Part shown: positions 30,437-40,616 of the stretch, one piece after another | How positions within the stretch are numbered: the first letter of the stretch is position 1 | How the letters are laid out: every line of letters begins with the position of its first letter | The notes under the pieces: model-generated | What the model was told of the DNA's origin: nothing | The model's database searches: none | The model's input: only the letters and a program-made list of their open reading frames with translations | Assembly (NCBI GenBank): GCA_963677485.1 | Contig: OY781964.1 | Location: 1,024,001-1,088,000, forward strand | Source of the DNA: Armatimonadota bacterium | Lineage (GTDB): Bacteria; Armatimonadota; HRBIN16 | Length of the DNA: 64,000 nt | Direction of reading: 5' to 3' | Made by a program: the position numbers and the translations under genes

Positions 30437-30485
30437 ACTTTTCAACGAAAAGTAGATTGTGCCCATGGCGGGCTAAGCATAGAAT
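30437..30485 (+). promoter_or_regulatory. Putative promoter with adjacent palindromic operator
   Basis: ACTTTTC-AAC-GAAAAGT (30437-30453), then TTGTGC-17 bp-TAGAAT. Confidence 0.35.
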
Positions 30486-30524
30486 GCAGATAGATATCTC
30501 ACACATACCCAGGGAGGCCATGAC

Positions 30525-31514
30525 ATGGCAAAAAGAATCGTGTTTCCATCAGCGGGTGAGGTCACCTGCGAGTGCTTTGAGGCGCAGAAGCCAGGCGAAC
30601 ATGAGGTGTGTTTTCAGACCGACTGCAGCTTGATGAGCACAGGCACCGAGACGATAGTGTATAACTACCAGTTTGATCCCGGCACCAACTGGGCCAACTG
30701 GGTCAAGCACCCCTTCTATCCTGGCTACTCCGCCGTGGGGCACATCACCGCCATTGGGGCCGGTGTCAGCCGCTGGTCCGTGGGCGATCGTGTGGTGTGC
30801 CGTGCGGGCCACGCCTCTGAGCATGTGAAACACGAATCCGAACTGTATGCCGTACCGGATGATGTGGAGAACCAACAGGCAGCCTGGTTTGCTCTGGCCA
30901 AAATCGCCGCGATGGGTGCCCATGTAGCCGAATACCGCCTCATCGACAGCGTGCTGGTAATTGGGGCCGGCCCAATTGGCCAGATGACGGTTCGCTGGGC
31001 GTTTGCAGCGGGAGCGACCAACATCATCGTGGTGGATTCCATCGCGGAACGGCTGCAGATGGCTATGAATGGCGGCGCCACTCACACCATCTCCAGCCCT
31101 GTTGAGGATTCGTTTGAGGCCATTCGAGCTTTGAATAACGGCCAGTTGACAAGAGTGGTGGTCGACACCACAGGCCATGCGGCCGTCTTTGCTCACGCGC
31201 TAGCCGCAGCCGCCCCAGGGGGACGTGTGGTGTTGCTGGGTGACACTGGGCGTCCGACGCAGCAGCACCTGACCTCTGACCTGATGGGTAAAGGGTTGAC
31301 CGTCATCGGCGCGCACGATTCCAATGAGAAGGAAGGCTGGAACTCAGCCATCATCATCCCCGCCATCTTCGAGCTGGCACGGAGTGGCAGGTTCTCATTG
31401 TCGGGCTTGAATACACACGTGTTTCAACCTGAGCAGTGCCTGGAGGCCTATACCCTGGCATCCACGCGGCGCGGCGAGTCGATGGGCATCCTGTTCGACT
31501 GGAGCCAGTCATGA
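30525..31514 (+). CDS. MDR-family (zinc-binding type) alcohol/sugar dehydrogenase
   Basis: STGTE, PGYSAVG, GDRV, IGAGPIG, VVDTTG. Confidence 0.88.
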   Translation: MAKRIVFPSAGEVTCECFEAQKPGEHEVCFQTDCSLMSTGTETIVYNYQFDPGTNWANWVKHPFYPGYSAVGHITAIGAGVSRWSVGDRVVCRAGHASEHVKHESELYAVPDDVENQQAAWFALAKIAAMGAHVAEYRLIDSVLVIGAGPIGQMTVRWAFAAGATNIIVVDSIAERLQMAMNGGATHTISSPVEDSFEAIRALNNGQLTRVVVDTTGHAAVFAHALAAAAPGGRVVLLGDTGRPTQQHLTSDLMGKGLTVIGAHDSNEKEGWNSAIIIPAIFELARSGRFSLSGLNTHVFQPEQCLEAYTLASTRRGESMGILFDWSQS

Positions 31515-32278
31515 ACACCCATGTGAAAGTCAGCGCCCCCGATTGGTGCTTCTACACGGAAGGTATGGAGCCAGGAGACTATTACCGTCAACTGAAAGAG
31601 TGCGGCGTGACGGCAGCCGAGATGGTGCCGCCAGAACGACGCCAAGCCGTGCGTGACGCCGGTCTGATATTGCTGAACCACTCCGGTCCTGGAATGCAGA
31701 AGGGATTGAACCGGCTGGAGCACCACGCAGAGCTTCTCCCGCAGATATGCCGGGCGATTGACGAAGCTCAGGCTGATGGCATCCCGCATCTCATCGTGTT
31801 CAGCGGGAATGGCGAGGGGCTGCCTGTGGCGGATGGGATATCGAACTGCATCACCGGACTGACCGCCGTGGCTCCATATGCGGAGCAGGCGGGCATCACG
31901 TTGGTATTCGAGATGCTGAACAGCTATGACCATGCCGATTTCCACGCCTGCCACGGCAGTTATGGGTTTGAGGTGGGGCGTGGTGTCGGCTCCGCCTCCG
32001 TAGGGGTGATATATGACATCTATCACATGTTGAGGATGGGTGATGACGTGCTTCGGGATATCGATGAGAACATGGATGTGATCAAGCACTTCCATCTGGC
32101 GGAACCGCCTGGCCGGACGCTGCCGTGCAACCATCGCAATGTGGACTACGCGGAGATCATCAGCCTGGCCGTTGAATCTGGTTACGACGGATATTGGGGG
32201 TTGGAGTTCGTGCCCGGAGAGCACCGTTTTGATGAGATCGCGGCATCTGTGCGGATGCTCAACGGCCAGGAAGCATGA
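31511..32278 (+). CDS. Hydroxypyruvate-isomerase-like sugar phosphate isomerase/epimerase (TIM barrel)
   Basis: ATGA overlap with the upstream gene; VFSGN, FEMLN, YDIYHM, HFHLA..PGR, GLEF. Confidence 0.82.
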   Translation: MNTHVKVSAPDWCFYTEGMEPGDYYRQLKECGVTAAEMVPPERRQAVRDAGLILLNHSGPGMQKGLNRLEHHAELLPQICRAIDEAQADGIPHLIVFSGNGEGLPVADGISNCITGLTAVAPYAEQAGITLVFEMLNSYDHADFHACHGSYGFEVGRGVGSASVGVIYDIYHMLRMGDDVLRDIDENMDVIKHFHLAEPPGRTLPCNHRNVDYAEIISLAVESGYDGYWGLEFVPGEHRFDEIAASVRMLNGQEA

Positions 32279-32317
32279 GTAGCCTCACCCGGCACCGCAG
32301 GTGACGGCGTAGCGAGG

Positions 32318-32747
32318 CTTCGCGTGAGACCCTTCCCCATACGTGTCCATTTGTGTCCATTCGTGGTTAAGGAATTGTCTGAACCACGGATTACACGGAT
32401 GGCACGGATAGGTTCGGATGGGAAGGGAGGCCAATCGGGAGATTGGCGTTCCCAGGAGAAATCCCCTTTGCGTCTTCGCGTCTTCGCGTGAGACCCTTCC
32501 CTATTCGCGTTCATTCGTGTTCATCCGTGGTTAAGGAATTCCCTCGTGTCGATATCCGTCCGCCTTGGAGAAAGACCGGCGCGGTCTTAAGCCTTGAGCT
32601 GCCGCTAGCGTACTGTCAGACCGCCCCCGGACATAGCCAATTAGGCTGCTCGCCCTTCGCGTCTTCGCGTGAGACATCTCCCTATTCGTGTCTATTTGTG
32701 TCCATTCGTGGTTCAGACAATCTGCGTCATCTGTGTCATCTGTGGAT
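32318..32747. repeat. Mosaic repeat cluster between convergent genes
   Basis: The unit CTTCGCGTGAGAC..CATTYGTGTYCAT.CGTGGTT occurs three times, with GCCAATCGGGAGATTGGC, family B (32573-32642) and AATCTGCGTCATCTGTG. Confidence 0.9.
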
Positions 32748-32763
32748 GATCCAACCCAAACAG

Positions 32764-35520
32764 CTACTCGGCCAGGCTAAACGCCATGCGGGCGATCAGC
32801 TCGCACAGTCTGCGCAGCGACTCCACAGCCACACGCTCATCGGGACCGTGGTAGGGGCCATCTCCCGCGAAATGGCTGCCCACCGCCACCAGGTTGGGTG
32901 CCACACGGGCGTAAGTGCCTCCGCCGATCGCCTGCGGCGGTGTCTGGTCACCGGTGACCTCGCGATAGGCCTGCAGCAGCTTCTGCACGAATTCGATTTC
33001 CTGGGGCACGTAAAGCGGCGGCTGAATGGTGTAGCTGGAGAGCGTCAACCCCAGCTTCTCCAGCAGCTCCTGCTGAGTCTGCACCGTCTGTTCACAGTCG
33101 ATGGTCACCGGGCAGCGCTGGTTGATGCTGGCGTTCATCTCGCAGCCATCGAAGGCGAACACCCCCATGTTGCTGGTCAGGTGGCCGCTGACTTCATCGC
33201 TGAGGGACACGCCGTAGGCACCTCCGTCCAGCGACTCCGCCAACTCCGTCACGGGCGACAGCCAGGGATAGTTTTCCTTGAAACCGGCGTCCGCCAGTGT
33301 CCTAAGCAATAGTGCCACGGCGTTGGTGCCCAGCTCAGGTGTAGCGCCGTGCGACGAGGCCCCCTTGATGCTGACCAGCAACCCATCGGTCTGCTTCTCG
33401 ATGCTCAGCCGGTCGGTATCCGGACAGGCCTTGGTGATCTCGTCTGTCGTGACCCCGCTGAGCAGTGCCTGCGCCAGGTCGGGAACCATGTTGGCGCGCT
33501 GACCACCCTCCGCCCATCGGATGATAGCACCTGAGGCGGGTTCCGACTGCTTCGCGTTGACGTGCAGGTTGATGATGCCCTTCTCGGCGAAAATCAGCGG
33601 CCAGTCACCATCCGGGCTAAAGCCGCAGACCGGCCGCTCGGTCTCGTGCTGCAGGTAGTGCTTCATGCATTCCCAGCCCGACTCCTCATCGCCGCCGATG
33701 ATCATGCGGATGCGGTGCTTGATGGGCAACCCCAGTTCCTTGATGACGCGCATGGCAAACAGACCGGCTATCACCGCCCCTTTGTCGTCCACAGTACCGC
33801 GTCCATACAGGTAGCCGTCGATCAACACTCCCCCAAACGGCTGCTTCGTCCAGGCATCACCGGGCGGGACCACGTCCACATGCGCCAGTATCGCCACGCT
33901 ATCAGCGGCATCACCCATGTCCATGTGCGCGGCATATCCATCAAACCTCTTGGCCGAAAACCCAAAGCTCTCCGCCAATGTGCAGGCGTATTCCATCGCT
34001 TTGCCAATCTCTGTGCCGAAAGGTGCTCCCGGTTGAGCTGCCGATTTTACTGAGGGTATGCTGACGAACTGCTGTAGATGCTGAACGAGTTCCTCGAGAT
34101 GCGTGTCGATCCATTCGGACAATTTTGGTTGCGACATGATGGGCTGATGCTCCTCTATTTGCGGTGTTGCGATGATTTCGGGTGTCGGCGCCGTCGGTGG
34201 ATGTACGGGACTGAGTGCCTGCATCCGTTCCGCGATTTTGGCCTCCCAACCCTGGTTTGTGGGCTCGTAGTAAGGTGTCTGCCAGTTTCCGTCCGGCAGG
34301 TATTGCTGAGCCACCCAGTGGCCAGGACAGTCGTGAGGGTAGACATAATCGCGGCCGTGGCCCATCTTTTTGGCGCCACTGTATCCGGTGCTCTTCAGAT
34401 GCAGAGGCACCGCGGCGGCTGGTTGAGCATCCAGGTCGGCCATGGCCTTATCGATGGCCAGATAGGCCGCGTTGCTTTTTGGCGCGGTAGCCAGGTAGGT
34501 GACGGCCTGCGCCAGGATGATCCGCCCCTCGGGCATCCCGATCATCTCCACAGCCTGCATTGCGGCGACCGCCACAGAGATGCCGCGCGGGTCAGCGTTG
34601 CCGATGTCCTCCGAGGCCAAAATGATCAAACGGCGGGCAATGAACCGCGGGTCTTCCCCCGCTTTCAACATCCGCGCGAGGTAGTGCAGCGCGGCATCGG
34701 GGTCGGAGCCCCTTACGGACTTAATGAACGCCGAGATGGTGTGGTAGTGCTCATCACCCTCGCGGTCATACCGGATATTGCGCTGCTGCAGCACGCTCTG
34801 CATCTCGTCGATACCTAGATGGCGGACGCCGTCGGCTTGGGGTTTCGTGAGCGTGACGGCCGACTCCAGCGTGTTCAGCATCGCGCGGGCATCGCCCGCT
34901 GCAAACCGGATCAGCAGCTCCTCCGCCTTGGGGTCGATGGTCGCAGGGATGTTGCCCAGACCATGCTGAGTGTCAGTCAGTGCCCGGTGCATCAGAGTGC
35001 TGAGGTGCTCCACCGTCAGCTCCTCGAACTGCACCACTCGGCTGCGGCTGAGCAGCGGCGAGATGACCGAAAAATAGGGGTTCTCGGTGGTGGCACCCAG
35101 CAGCGTGATAGTGCCCTCCTCCACATGCGGCAGGAAGGCGTCTTGCTGAGCTTTATTAAACCGGTGGATTTCATCGATGAATAGGATGGTCCGCTTACCG
35201 TAGAACTGCTGGTCCTGCCTGGCCTCCTCCATCGCCTTCCGTACTTCCACGATGCCGCTGGTGACGGCACTGAACTCCACGAAGCGGCTTTGGGTTCGTG
35301 CGGCAATGATGCGGGCGAGGGTGCTCTTACCGCAGCCGGGCGGTCCCCAGAAGATGACCGAACCCAGCCGGTCGGCTTCCAGCTCTTTACGCAGCACAGA
35401 CTTCGGACCCAGAATCTGCTCCTGCCCCACAAACTCGTCCAAGTTCGTAGGCCGCATCCGGGCTGCCAGCGGCGCGTTGGCTGATATCTCCTGCGAGGAG
35501 GCGGAGTCAAATAGTCCCAT
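32764..35520 (-). CDS. rarA: RarA/MgsA recombination ATPase fused in frame to an M20 dipeptidase (PepV-like)
   Basis: N half: PLAARMRP, GPPGCGKST, DEIHRFNKAQQD, ATTENP, SAFIKSVRGSD, ASEDIGNADP. C half: HVDVVP, GRGTVDDKG, DEESG, GGGTYAR, HGPDE. Confidence 0.88.
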   Translation of the reverse strand: MGLFDSASSQEISANAPLAARMRPTNLDEFVGQEQILGPKSVLRKELEADRLGSVIFWGPPGCGKSTLARIIAARTQSRFVEFSAVTSGIVEVRKAMEEARQDQQFYGKRTILFIDEIHRFNKAQQDAFLPHVEEGTITLLGATTENPYFSVISPLLSRSRVVQFEELTVEHLSTLMHRALTDTQHGLGNIPATIDPKAEELLIRFAAGDARAMLNTLESAVTLTKPQADGVRHLGIDEMQSVLQQRNIRYDREGDEHYHTISAFIKSVRGSDPDAALHYLARMLKAGEDPRFIARRLIILASEDIGNADPRGISVAVAAMQAVEMIGMPEGRIILAQAVTYLATAPKSNAAYLAIDKAMADLDAQPAAAVPLHLKSTGYSGAKKMGHGRDYVYPHDCPGHWVAQQYLPDGNWQTPYYEPTNQGWEAKIAERMQALSPVHPPTAPTPEIIATPQIEEHQPIMSQPKLSEWIDTHLEELVQHLQQFVSIPSVKSAAQPGAPFGTEIGKAMEYACTLAESFGFSAKRFDGYAAHMDMGDAADSVAILAHVDVVPPGDAWTKQPFGGVLIDGYLYGRGTVDDKGAVIAGLFAMRVIKELGLPIKHRIRMIIGGDEESGWECMKHYLQHETERPVCGFSPDGDWPLIFAEKGIINLHVNAKQSEPASGAIIRWAEGGQRANMVPDLAQALLSGVTTDEITKACPDTDRLSIEKQTDGLLVSIKGASSHGATPELGTNAVALLLRTLADAGFKENYPWLSPVTELAESLDGGAYGVSLSDEVSGHLTSNMGVFAFDGCEMNASINQRCPVTIDCEQTVQTQQELLEKLGLTLSSYTIQPPLYVPQEIEFVQKLLQAYREVTGDQTPPQAIGGGTYARVAPNLVAVGSHFAGDGPYHGPDERVAVESLRRLCELIARMAFSLAE

Positions 35521-35559
35521 CAGGCGTCGACCTTTGACAATTTGACCGGCAGAAGTAAC

Positions 35560-36444
35560 TTATTCATGAGATACAGGATAGACCTTCATAGAGGGCAGTG
35601 TGAAACATGCCTGAACGCCACCTAGTGGGCTGTCCTCAAACCACACCTGGCCATTATGAATGTTCACGATCTTCTTCACAATAGTCAAACCAACACCAGA
35701 GCTTGATGGATCCTGCTTAGTACGCACCGTCTGAAAAAGGTCAAACACCAGGTCACGGTCGTTCGACGGGATCCCCACCCCATTATCATACACGCAGAAT
35801 ACCCAACCGTCATCTCTTTCTTTCACGCAGACATGCGCCTCCGGATACTCGCTTTGGTTGTATCTCATTGAGTTATCCAGCAGGCACGACAGAATGTGAG
35901 ATAGGTGGCTAGGTTCGCCATCAATCAGCGGAAGGGGCTCATCGGCGATGATCTGCGCCTTCTCATTGTGGCTCACATCCTCTGCAACCTGCCGGATCAT
36001 CGGCTCCAGCGTGATAAGCCCGCATTGCCCCTTGCCTCTACCTGCGCGCCAGAAGCGTAATGCGCCGTCTATCAACGAGTTCATCCGCAAGACCCGGTCG
36101 TTCAGCATCGCCAGTTTATCACAGCCGGCTTTATCAAGTGAGTTGCTGTAGTCGGAGACGATCCACTGAGATAACGAGGATATCCCTCGTAACGGGGTTT
36201 TTAAGTCATGCGCGACCACATAAGCGAAAGCATCGAGCTCCGTGCGTAAGGATGCTTGCTTTTCAAGTGACTGCTCCAGTTGTGACTGGGTGGCGCCCAA
36301 CCGACTGACAAGTGTGTTGATGCGTTGAATGACCGCAGTCCATTCGTCATCCATTCCATCGGTGCTGAGCTCAACGGATGTTTCAGGCTTGTCGATGGAT
36401 GCTATGATCTGGTCCAGTTGCAGTAATAGCTCTTGTGGCAGCAT
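35560..36444 (-). CDS. Histidine kinase (HisKA + HATPase), no evident sensor domain
   Basis: AHDLKTPLRGI, DNGVGI, GVGLTIVKKIV..HNG. Confidence 0.88.
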   Translation of the reverse strand: MLPQELLLQLDQIIASIDKPETSVELSTDGMDDEWTAVIQRINTLVSRLGATQSQLEQSLEKQASLRTELDAFAYVVAHDLKTPLRGISSLSQWIVSDYSNSLDKAGCDKLAMLNDRVLRMNSLIDGALRFWRAGRGKGQCGLITLEPMIRQVAEDVSHNEKAQIIADEPLPLIDGEPSHLSHILSCLLDNSMRYNQSEYPEAHVCVKERDDGWVFCVYDNGVGIPSNDRDLVFDLFQTVRTKQDPSSSGVGLTIVKKIVNIHNGQVWFEDSPLGGVQACFTLPSMKVYPVSHE

Positions 36445-36464
36445 GGGTTGCCCTTTCAGGCGGG

Positions 36465-37325
36465 TTAATGAGATGAGTATATCACGATATTATCTATGAG
36501 CCGAGTCTTTCCCACTCGGCAAGCCACACAGATCACCGCCCCTTGTGAGAAGCTGTCTATCGGTGTCAGCATCTCAGGATGGCAGATGGTGACATAATCG
36601 ATGCTGACGACCCCAGGTTCGCTTTTAATCACATTCTGCACGTCTGCACGAAGCTGTTCAGGATCGGTCTCTGGATTAGCTTCTGCTCGATCTTTCGCTT
36701 GAGCCAATGCCCAGGAGATCACTAATGCGGTCTCTTTCTGCTCATCGCTCAGATAGGTGTTCCGGGAGCTCATCGCCAGCCCCTGCTGTTCCCTGACGGT
36801 TGGGCAAGCTACCACATCCACCTGCATGTTGAGGTCGGCGACCATCCGCTGAATCACTTTCAACTGCTGGTAGTCTTTCATGCCAAAGAAGGCTTTATCG
36901 GGCTGCACGATGTTGAACAACTTGCACACGACTGACGCCACTCCTGAAAAATGCGAGGGTCGGAATATCCCTTCCATCGGCATGCTGACCGTGTCGACTG
37001 TGACGGTGGTTTGGTAGCCCGCAGGGTATATCTCAGCCGCAGCGGGGGCAAACATCAAGTCCACGCCCACGCCTTCCGCCATCTGGCAGTCGTGGTCGAA
37101 GTCACGCGGATAGGCCGTGAGATCCTCTGAGGGAGCAAACTGTGTGGGGTTGACAAACAGCGAGACCACCACCAGATCGCACTGCTCACCTGCCTGACGC
37201 ATCAGCGAGAGGTGCCCCTCGTGGAAGTAGCCCATGGTGGGCACAAACCCGACGGTGAGTGACTTACTGCGGGCATCGCGCACAAACGCGCGTACCTCCT
37301 CTATGGTTCTGGCGATCTGCATCAT
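36465..37325 (-). CDS. panC: Pantoate-beta-alanine ligase
   Basis: PTMGYFHEGH, FVNPTQF, FGMKDYQQ, AMSSRN, TRLIDN. Confidence 0.96.
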   Translation of the reverse strand: MMQIARTIEEVRAFVRDARSKSLTVGFVPTMGYFHEGHLSLMRQAGEQCDLVVVSLFVNPTQFAPSEDLTAYPRDFDHDCQMAEGVGVDLMFAPAAAEIYPAGYQTTVTVDTVSMPMEGIFRPSHFSGVASVVCKLFNIVQPDKAFFGMKDYQQLKVIQRMVADLNMQVDVVACPTVREQQGLAMSSRNTYLSDEQKETALVISWALAQAKDRAEANPETDPEQLRADVQNVIKSEPGVVSIDYVTICHPEMLTPIDSFSQGAVICVACRVGKTRLIDNIVIYSSH

Positions 37326-38143
37326 TAGAACTCATTCTCCTCGGTAGGAAACTCGCCGGTTGTGACTTCCTGCACATATCGACCGATAGCTTCAACCATC
37401 AAGCTGCGGCCCTCGATATAGCGTTTGGCATGTTTGCGCGTTTTGGCGGGGCCAAAGCCAAGCATATCGTGAAGCACCTGCACCTGACCATCGCAGCCGC
37501 GTCCGGCACCGATGCCGATGGTGGGGATGCTCAAGCTGGCGGTGATTTCGGCAGCGAGTGCGGCCGGGATCAGCTCCAGCACCACCGCGAAGGCACCCGC
37601 TTGCTGCACCGCCAGGGCATCCTGTCGGAGCTGCTCCGCTTGCTGATCGGGAACCCCCTGCACGCGGTTGCCGCCGAAGCTATTGACGCTTTGAGGAGTC
37701 ATGCCGATATGGGCACACACAGGGATCCCCGCCTGAGTGATCTTGTATATGGCCTCGGCGCAGCGAACCCCGCCCTCCAGCTTCACGGTTTCGCAGCCGC
37801 TTTGCTGTATCAACAAGCCGGCGTTGGTGAGTGCCTGCTCCGCACTGAGCTGATAGCTCATGAAGGGCATGTCCAAGATGGTCAGTGCCTTTGGTTTGGC
37901 GCGGGCCACGGCTGCACCGTGCCTGACCATATCTTCCAGCGTCACCGGAATGGTGGTGCGATGTCCTAAAACCACCATGCCCAGAGAATCACCGATCAGA
38001 ATCGAGTCAACACCCGCCTCATCGGCCCAGCGAGCCGCTTCGAAGTCGTAGGCTGTGAGCATGGCGATGGGACGTTGGCCCTTTAGTGCCATGAACTCCG
38101 GCACGCGGATCAGTTTACGTGGTGGAAGCTGGTTGCCCATCAT
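37325..38143 (-). CDS. panB: 3-methyl-2-oxobutanoate hydroxymethyltransferase
   Basis: MLTAYD, IGDSLGM, DMPFMSY, KLEGG, HIGMTPQS, DGQVQV; start trimmed to ATG 38143. Confidence 0.95.
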   Translation of the reverse strand: MMGNQLPPRKLIRVPEFMALKGQRPIAMLTAYDFEAARWADEAGVDSILIGDSLGMVVLGHRTTIPVTLEDMVRHGAAVARAKPKALTILDMPFMSYQLSAEQALTNAGLLIQQSGCETVKLEGGVRCAEAIYKITQAGIPVCAHIGMTPQSVNSFGGNRVQGVPDQQAEQLRQDALAVQQAGAFAVVLELIPAALAAEITASLSIPTIGIGAGRGCDGQVQVLHDMLGFGPAKTRKHAKRYIEGRSLMVEAIGRYVQEVTTGEFPTEENEF

Positions 38144-39581
38144 TAACCTCATTTCCAGGGCTGAGCCCGATGAAAGCGCCGATTCGACCGGCTTGAGTGC
38201 GCCCCTGCGTGATGCAGTCAGGGACACCGATGCCGCGATACGCCGCTCCCGCCAGGAATAACCCTTCCAGCTTGGATAACTCTTGATCTATACAGTCCAT
38301 TTTATCAAGGTGACCCACATCGTATTGCGGTGTGGCTTGAATCCAGCGATGGCATCGTCCGAAAATAGGTTCTGCATTGATGCCCATTAGCATGCGGGCC
38401 TCCTGGTGGGTCATGCCCATCAAGCTCGCTTCGTCCTCTTCGCGCACGAGGTGGTCTTGTTTGGCATACCCAATGAAGAAGCGGAACAGGGCGACGTCAT
38501 CGGGTGCGCGGTTTGGCCACTTGGAATGGCTGTAGGTGCAGCCGGTGATGAATGTGCTTTCGGAGTGCGGTACGAGATATCCGCTCGCATTTTCGGCAAA
38601 AGCGGCGGCCTCACGAGGGTAAGCGAGGGAGACCACTGCGGTGGAGGCGTAGTTGATGCCGTTCAACTGCGAGGCCAGACACTCAGAGCTCGAGTGCAGC
38701 AGGGCGGCGGCCACATAAGCCGGTGTGCAGAGCAGCACAGCATCCGCTGCAATCTCCGTCGACGGTTGTGTTTCCGATGGTTCTGTGCCGATCAGCCACT
38801 TGTGGCCTTCGTGCTTGATTGCGATCACTTTCGCGCGAGTGAATAGCTCCACACCGGTGAGCTTTTCCTGCAGCGTGCTGATCAGACTGCCCATGCCGTT
38901 GCGAAAAGTCTGGAATGGGGCCATCGGTTTATGCGCGCTCGTTGCCATCTTGACACGCCGCTGCATGATGGCGCGGGTCATGCTGCCCTGCTCGGTGACC
39001 ATCTTCCAGTAGGTGGGGTAGATAGCAGCCACGCTCATATTGTGAGGGTCGCCATTATGCACCCCGGCCATCATGGGGGCCGCGAACCGCTGGGTGAACT
39101 CATCGCCGAACCGGCTTGAGAGGAAGTCATACAGCGACTGGTCCTTCAGTGTGGCATCATGCTTGACTGTGCCCTCAACGCTGGCGCGAAATTTGCCTTT
39201 GAAGCTCAGGAAACTGGCTTTCCACAGAGCCTCCGGCTTTGTGGGCACTAGCGTAACCAGCTCATATGGCACTTCATGCAGTTTGGATTTCAACATCATA
39301 TAAAATCGGCGCACCAGAGGCGCGGTCAGATCGGGTTCCAGCCCCAGTTCGCGGGCCAGGTTGATGCAGCCAGGCTTTTGGGCCATGAAGCTGTCGGGGC
39401 CAGTTTCAATCAGGCAGCCGTTCGTGTGTTCCGTGCCCACTTTGCCGCCGAACCGTTCGGAACGTTCTAGCAGCACGATGCGCAGCGGGTTTCCTGTTTG
39501 CTCTGACAGCTTCTGCAGCTCGTAGGCCGCACTTAAGCCGGTGATGCCTCCGCCCACGATGGCGACTGTTCGTTTCTCCAT
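38115..39581 (-). CDS. hemY: Protoporphyrinogen/coproporphyrinogen III oxidase (HemY type)
   Basis: VGGGITGLSAA, ETGPDSF, PQYDVGH, GIGVPDCI; follows hemE. Confidence 0.92.
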   Translation of the reverse strand: MEKRTVAIVGGGITGLSAAYELQKLSEQTGNPLRIVLLERSERFGGKVGTEHTNGCLIETGPDSFMAQKPGCINLARELGLEPDLTAPLVRRFYMMLKSKLHEVPYELVTLVPTKPEALWKASFLSFKGKFRASVEGTVKHDATLKDQSLYDFLSSRFGDEFTQRFAAPMMAGVHNGDPHNMSVAAIYPTYWKMVTEQGSMTRAIMQRRVKMATSAHKPMAPFQTFRNGMGSLISTLQEKLTGVELFTRAKVIAIKHEGHKWLIGTEPSETQPSTEIAADAVLLCTPAYVAAALLHSSSECLASQLNGINYASTAVVSLAYPREAAAFAENASGYLVPHSESTFITGCTYSHSKWPNRAPDDVALFRFFIGYAKQDHLVREEDEASLMGMTHQEARMLMGINAEPIFGRCHRWIQATPQYDVGHLDKMDCIDQELSKLEGLFLAGAAYRGIGVPDCITQGRTQAGRIGAFIGLSPGNEVNDGQPASTT

Positions 39582-40616
39582 CTAGCGGCGGCTCCGATCA
39601 TGAACGAAATCCACCAGGCTGGTCAGCACGTCTGGGTCCGTAGAAGGCATGATGCCGTGCCCGAGGTTGAAGATGTGACCGGGTAACTCAGAGGCTTCGT
39701 CCAGCACGATCTGTGCCTGCTGCAGGCAGACATCCGTTCCCGCCAACAGCGCGGTGGGGTCGAGGTTGCCTTGCAGCGCGAACTCTGGGCCCAACTGCTG
39801 ATGCGCCTGAGAGAGCGGTATCCGCCAGTCCACGCCCAGCACATCCGCGCCGATCTCGCGCAGGCAGGGATATAGGTGCGAGGCCCCCACGGCGAAATAG
39901 ATTACCGGCACACCGGTTTGCTTCAAGCACTTCACGATTCGCTGCAGCCAGGGTAGAGCGTGTTGCCGGTAAGTGGCTACGCTGAGCGCACCTGCCCAAC
40001 TGTCAAACAACTGAACCGCGGAGGCACCTGCTTTGATCTGCGCCAGCAAGCAACTGCAGATGCTCCGCTCGAGGTAGTCCATCAGCGTAGCCCATAACTC
40101 AGGATCGGCTTGTATCATCGTGCGAGTTTTCGCATAGTCGCGGCTAGACTTGCCCTCTATCATGTAACTCGCCATGGTGAACGGTGCCCCGCAGAAGCCG
40201 ATGAGCGGAACCTCCAACTGCTTAGTGAGCCGCTGGACACTCTCGGTGACAAACGGCAGTGCCTGCTCTGCTTCGAACGGGATCAACCGCTCCACGTCCG
40301 TGCGGTTGGAGATCGGCTGAGTAATGACCGGCCCCACGCCCTCTTTGAACTCAAATTCCACACCTATCGCCAGATAAGGAACCGTGAGGTCGCTGAACAG
40401 AATGGCTGCGTCCATGTCAAACCGGCGGACCGGCATCAGCGTAATCTCAGTCGCCAGCTCGGGGGTGGTGCAGCATTCTACCATCGTGTGGCCCTTGCGC
40501 AGCTCGCGATACTCCGGCAGGAAGCGGCCCGCCTGGCGCATCACCCAGATAGGGGTGCAGTCCACGGGCTGTTTTCGGCAGGCATTCAAGAAGCGTTCTC
40601 GGACAGGGGCCATCAA
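39582..40616 (-). CDS. hemE: Uroporphyrinogen decarboxylase
   Basis: WVMRQAGRFLPEY, AAILFSD, GAPFT, QLFDSW, QGNLDP, FNLGHG. Confidence 0.96.
   Translation of the reverse strand: MMAPVRERFLNACRKQPVDCTPIWVMRQAGRFLPEYRELRKGHTMVECCTTPELATEITLMPVRRFDMDAAILFSDLTVPYLAIGVEFEFKEGVGPVITQPISNRTDVERLIPFEAEQALPFVTESVQRLTKQLEVPLIGFCGAPFTMASYMIEGKSSRDYAKTRTMIQADPELWATLMDYLERSICSCLLAQIKAGASAVQLFDSWAGALSVATYRQHALPWLQRIVKCLKQTGVPVIYFAVGASHLYPCLREIGADVLGVDWRIPLSQAHQQLGPEFALQGNLDPTALLAGTDVCLQQAQIVLDEASELPGHIFNLGHGIMPSTDPDVLTSLVDFVHDRSRR

Noticed and set aside
32443-33312. ORFs across repeat clusters (also 4558-4974, 24153-24530, 13346-13639, 42204-42389)
   Set aside because: They are translations of tandem repeats (e.g. 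NLRHLCHLW, IRVHSCSSVV) or antisense shadows of real genes.
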